This document shows, piece after piece, positions 58,538-64,000 of a stretch of DNA of 64,000 bases. The notes beneath the pieces are model-generated. The model was not told the origin of the DNA, did not search any database, and saw only the letters and a list, made by a program, of their open reading frames with translations. A program made the translations under genes and the position numbers. Every line of letters starts with the position of its first letter. Within the stretch, counting starts at the first letter, position 1. The DNA is from Owenia fusiformis. Lineage: Eukaryota. The stretch lies in the NCBI GenBank assembly GCA_903813345.2, contig CAIIXF020000001.1, positions 30,752,001 to 30,816,000 of the forward strand. The letters run 5' to 3'.

Positions 58538-59283
58538 CACCTGAAACTGAAATACTGATTTTCACTGATAATGTGAAAAGGGAAAAATTGTAGTCAAATT
58601 GGGTTTTACCGTCTTCAAAGCAAACAGTTGAACCTAAAAAAATAAGAAATCTAAAGACTATTGTGCAATGGTATTTACAAAACATTATTTATATTGCACA
58701 CAAATGACATTTGTATATTTCAGATTATTTAGTAGTTAGTGTTATAAACCTGTACACTCTTGAAATTTGAGGTCCTGGGTTATTTTTTCAGAATTAACAT
58801 GGCAGAGAAGCTTCAAAATATAAGAGGTTACAGACTTTATAAGCCAATTCACAAGCAATCCAAGATAGACAAATGTCATTCGTGTGCATTTATGAATATA
58901 TATTTTTCTACATATTATTGCACAAAAGTCTAGATTTCTTATTTTTGCTTTGGTTGCTGGTTGCTTTGAAGCAGTGTAAAAGACTGTACTGATGTTTTAG
59001 AAATATGGTTGCAATTCAAAATAAATGGCTCTTTAGAAGTAAATGTATTCTTTTTTTCCTAAATGAAACTCATTGTAACATAATTAATACATTTCTGTCA
59101 TTTTGTGATATATTTCTATCACTGGCAATGTTTACTTTGAATAACTTTGCCACATAATGTTAATGACTATTTTACTTTGTGTAATTTGTTTGTAGGAATA
59201 GTTTCATTTTATATATCAGGATTTGTATGTGAAAATAAATACTGCAATTTAACAATTGGTTATCAAGCTGAGTATAACTAGAT

Positions 59284-62200
59284 ATGCCAGACATCCAATT
59301 GAAGGGAGTCAGTGTTTCCTTCCCATTTGAGCCTTATGCCTGTCAAGTGGATTATATGGAAAAGGTCATACAATGTCTTCAAACAGTAAGTCTTCTTCAA
59401 TCATTTTTTTCAATTTTCCACAATATCATCTTAATACAATAGCAGATGTATGTTTAAACTTCATAAAAGTTTATACATGTAAATAAATTTAAACTTAATT
59501 GGTGCATCTTCTTTCATTCAATCTGGCATTCTAAATAGAGGTTGTCATGGTCATCCATGATGCTTTTACTTATTCAGTGCTACTTGTATATTATCAAGAA
59601 TACCAATGGTCTATTAAAATGTATAAAGGGATATCAAACTAATCAATAGAAACTTACAATGTGCAGGGCTTGCATTAACGGCGTCCCGTACATGTTAAGG
59701 ACTCAAAAATAATTTGGAGGACGCAAAAATTGAAAATATTTCAGTTTTTTGGACGCAAATTTTTTTTAGGTCAATACTACAATGTGTTTACAATGATACC
59801 TAACAAAAACAAATAATTATGATCTCTCACCTTTATTTGAATCGTAAATAAGGCTCAACATGTTAAATATTTACAAATAATCATGATTCTCTCGAATTTT
59901 TTCGACTTTGTTTATTTTTAGATTTGAAACCATGACAGGCGACAGTTTTTCCTATTCAGAAACAAATATTAGGTTATTCATGAAATAAAATGTATTCATT
60001 GTCGAATGAACGAACATGCATTTATTCAGTCCGTACTTAACGTTTACTTCCGTTTTAATTTCGCGGCAAGAAATCAAAAACTGAAAGGTGTTTTGGTAAA
60101 AAATGCTTTTAAAATAAAGTTATACCTCAAAACAGGCTAGAAATAGGGGACAGACTTTTTTTCAAAGGACACACTTTTTAAAAAAAATTGCGTCCTTGGG
60201 ACTCACAAATTTTCTAACCTAATGCAAGCGCTGAATGTGTTTTCCAGAATTCTAATGGTCTACTGGAGAGTCCTACTGGCACAGGGAAGACACTGTGTCT
60301 TTTATGTGCCTGCTGTTCATGGCTTATAGGGAAGAAAGCAATGTGGCAACAACATAAGGCAGCCATTGCTGAGCCTGAACTAGCAGAGCAACTCCTTCAT
60401 AGTACTGGCCTGAAGCAGGGAAGTGATTCCTGGGGCGGCATGTCAGGTATGTTTAATATCACCAAGAAGTGGGGATGACGTAATGTAAAGCAAAATGAAG
60501 GGTATAGAACCTCTGCTTATTCAAAATGCAACATTTTTTGTAAAAATGTAATCTTTGATAATTCAAATACCAGATGACTAATTTGGTTTCAGTTTTGTAT
60601 GCTGATGCCTTAGGGACAATTGTTCAAGAAGTGATTCACTCAATGACCCGGGAATTCTAAAATGGCCACGATTATTTATTAGTTAAATGCAATTTCTGAT
60701 AACTAAGATACCAGTTTTTTGATACCTTAACTACCAAATTTTATAGGCGGAGCTAATATTTTATGAGAATAAAACCTCTTTACAAGAAGAAATTTTGAAT
60801 ATGGCTACTAAATGACTGCCCTTTTTAATAAAATATATAATCTTCGGTAACTCAGATACCAGTTGTTCTTTCGATTTCATGTGAAGGATTTCATAAAATG
60901 GCTGCTGAATTCCAAATGGCCACCTTTTTCGGAAGAAATATAATAATATAATCATTAATTATCAAAAACTTTAGGTTCATGCGTATGTTTATGTACTTAA
61001 TATTTGTATCAGGAGATAAATCTATTTTTAGTAAAATTATAACAGTACAGCGTATTATAACACAAGAGGTCTGAGTTTCTTTCACTTGTGTTTCAGCTCA
61101 TCCAAAAATTATATATGCATCCAGAACTCACTCTCAGCTTTCACAAGCAGTACAGGAACTTAAACGTACATCATACAACCAGTGAGTAGAAGTACTATTA
61201 CTTGAAACGATAATTTAGAACCAGTTTTTAAGGACATTGAATGAGTAAATTGTGTACAAGACAAGAGCAAATGTAGGACTTTGATTGGAATAGTGCAGAA
61301 GGTTAATATGAAATGACTTGTGTGGAATAGCACAATGGTCATCATTTGCATAAGTAAATACAAGTATTGAATTGTAAAAAAGATTGCTTAAAACCTCAAT
61401 TCAATATTTTTTTTAAATAATTTTTTACAAGATAAGTACTTCAACAAAAAGGATATAGACATTACATCTGATTTTTAAAGATTAACTTAAAATTATGGAC
61501 GCATGTTTTCATTTGTTTAGTTTCAAAGTGAGTGTGCTCGGGTCAAGGGAACAACTATGTATTCACCCTGGTGTGCAGAAAGAGACCAATAATACATCAA
61601 AAGTGCATATGTGTAGGGCAAAGGTACAGGCTCGGAGCTGTCATTTCTACAACAATCTAGAAAGTATGTTTCAGTCTCATTATAGCTATCTTTACAAATG
61701 TATTTGACTTGATGCATATGGTATTTATTGAGCTTGCCATTGTTGCCTAGCTTGAACTGAATATTATTGCAGTTTTAGTAAGACTCTGTTTATGATATTG
61801 ACAAATTTTACATGCAGGAAAAGTTCACTTTATGGCTGACAACCACACTCTGGTTTGAAAGTAAAATCCTAGAAGAACATTTCTTTCTTCATTAAGATAA
61901 TCATACATGATCAATGTACAAAAATCACATTGTTTAATACTATGAATTATACAATTACTTTTTTGAAGATTTTTCAAGGACAGAAAATGTCCTTTCAAAT
62001 TCAAAGCATAAGTCTAATATATGTGTAGTATCCGAGCCCTAATGTCACTTTTTTTGTGGACACCCTGTATAAATTCTCATGTTTTTACAGATGGAAAGTT
62101 GCAGAAAGACTATCAGGCCAATGTTGTTGATATAGAGGACCTTGTCACACTTGGAGAAAAACACAAGTAAGCACAGGTTAAGTCAGGCAATAACTAATGA

Positions 62201-62434
62201 AAATATGTGAAATTACACTCCTGGTCAGCATCCCCCTTGTTACAGCTTACAACTGTGCTTAAATGTTCTGTTTAAACTGTAGTTCATACTTTTCAGTTTT
62301 TGTTGAAGTCCGTGAAAATGAATGTAAAAAAATACTTATATGTTTCCAGAGTTTGCCCATACTACATGGCCAGAGAGTTGAAGAAAGAAGCAGAGATTAT
62401 ATTCATGCCTTATAACTACTTACTTGATCCTAAG
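59284..62434 (+). CDS. RTEL1: Regulator of telomere elongation helicase 1 (Fe-S helicase), first 6 coding exons; continues beyond window
   Basis: Exons 59284-59385, 60248-60446, 61097-61181, 61521-61663, 62091-62166, 62350-62434. [35 protein letters not shown] (Walker A), [70 protein letters not shown]. Confidence 0.93.
59664..60233. mobile_element. hAT-like MITE with 6-bp TSD
   Basis: AATGTG|CAGGGCTTGCATTA...TAATGCAAGCGCTG|AATGTG. Confidence 0.75.
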
Positions 62435-62589
62435 GTACATCCACATATCTACACTTTTGCTTGTAAAATAAGATTCAAAAGGCAGCATTTCAAGATGTTA
62501 GCTGGTATAGTATTGTGTTCAAAGAGATAATTGGTTCATGCATATACAGGGTGGTCCAAAGAATCATTTACACTTTTGATTGCGTAGCA

Positions 62590-64000
62590 TTTTTATGTCC
62601 CCACACCACATAGTGTGGGGCCATATTGTCGGCCTAGGCGCGTCCGTCTGTCCGTCCGTCCGTCCGTCTGTCCGTCCGTACGTCCGGCAGTTTTCTCGAA
62701 AACCGCTACAGATATCACCTTCAAATTTTCAGGGATAACTTATGAGTGCATACAGATGTGGACGAAAAAATTTTAACTTAATACCTACTTCCTGTCGGCC
62801 ATTTTGAAGTCAAATGCTAAAATCCTTGTCTGCAAACTTTAAGAAAAACTGCTTCACAGTTGCTTTTAAAACTTTAACATCTTGTTCAGCTCACTTCATT
62901 CTAGATCTGATTAGGTTTTGGACCTGCTAGCTCAGTCATGTCAGCCATTTTGAATGTCTTAAGAAAAGTTAGCGCGCGATAATACTTTGTATCATATTGA
63001 ATGGTGTTTTTGAGTTTTCATACTTTAACTATTTAGTAGCTTTATAAATAATTTCAGATGTACTTTGCTGTAAAAGCCTACTTTATTGTTAACAGTAGTT
63101 ATATGTGATAATTTTGTAAAAAGAAATCAGCAAAAACTCATAAGGACTTTTTTATTGTCGGCCATTTTGGATTTTTCGGTCCTAAAATCTTGTCTGTGAA
63201 GTCTTGTCTGCGCGTTTTCAGGTGAACTGTTTGGTGGATCAATTTCAAATTTTCAGGGATGATTCTTAGTATAAAAATCTAGATCTCATTAGTTTTTTGG
63301 CATTCTGGGTAAATGTCAAGGCAGCCATTTTGGATTTTCCATCCTAAAATCTTGTCTGTAAAGTCTTGTCTACTCGTTTTCAGGTGAACTGTTTGGTAGA
63401 TCAATTTCAAATTTTCAGGAATGATTCTTAGTATGAAAATCTAGAACTGATTAGTTTTTTTGCATTCTGGGTAAATGTCAAGGCAGCCATTTTGGATTTT
63501 CCGTCTTAAAATCTTGCCTGTAAAGTCTTGTCTACGCGTTTTAAGGTGAACGGTTTGATAGATCAATTTCAAATTTTCAGGGATGATTCTTTGTATGAAA
63601 ATCTACATCTGATTACTTTTTTTGCATTCTGCGTAAATGTTAAGGCAGCCATTTTGGATTTTCTGTCCTAAAATCTTGTCTGTAAAGTCTTGTCTACCCG
63701 TTTTCAGGTGAACCGTTTGGTAGATCAATTTCATATTTTCAGGGATGATTCTTAGTATGAAAATCTACAAACAGATTAGTTTTTTGACATTCTTGGTAAA
63801 TGTCAAGGCAGCCATTTTGGATTTTCCATCCTGAAATCTTGTCTGTAAAGTCTTGTTTACATGTTTTCTGGTTAACTGTGTGACGGATCAATTTCAAATT
63901 TTCAGGGGTGCTTCTTAGTATCAAAATCTAGAACTGACTAAATTTTTGGCATTCTGGGTAAATTTTAAGGTGGCCACTTTGGATTTTCCGTCCTCAAATT
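62590..64000 (+). mobile_element. HINE-like element, family C, with a 162-bp tandem array (runs off window)
   Basis: 5' TTTTTATGTCCCCACAC..GTGTGGGGCCATA hairpin, (GTCC)n ~62641-62686, GCCATTTTGGATTT units at ~63159, 63321, 63483, 63645, 63808, 63970; related reverse-strand unit at ~4130-4305. Confidence 0.8.

Overview
AT-rich, intron-rich eukaryotic DNA, most likely from an invertebrate animal (GT-AG introns, a Tx1/L1 LINE, many MITEs, Helentron-like repeats); species not determinable. Five host genes were reconstructed by hand with phase-consistent splice sites: ATG4C/D-like protease (minus, 63-7848, 3' end outside window), a 16-exon DUF389/TIGR00341-like membrane protein (minus, 15152-35333, one GC-AG intron), a GT10 alpha-1,3-fucosyltransferase (plus, 36962-39119), PDSS1 (minus, 47857-55638) and RTEL1 (plus, from 59284, 3' end outside window). 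An intact Tx1/L1 retrotransposon (~41932-47306) has an ORF1 with two CCHC knuckles plus an SGNH-esterase-like domain, and an RT with HADD instead of Y/FADD. Introns and intergenic DNA hold non-autonomous DNA elements with readable TSDs, including CAC-ended 5-bp-TSD elements (Transib/RAG-like signature), a recurrent hairpin-plus-terminal-IR family, HINE-like elements, nested stacks and minisatellites. All calls come from reading the sequence; no database search was run and repeat boundaries may be off by a few bases.
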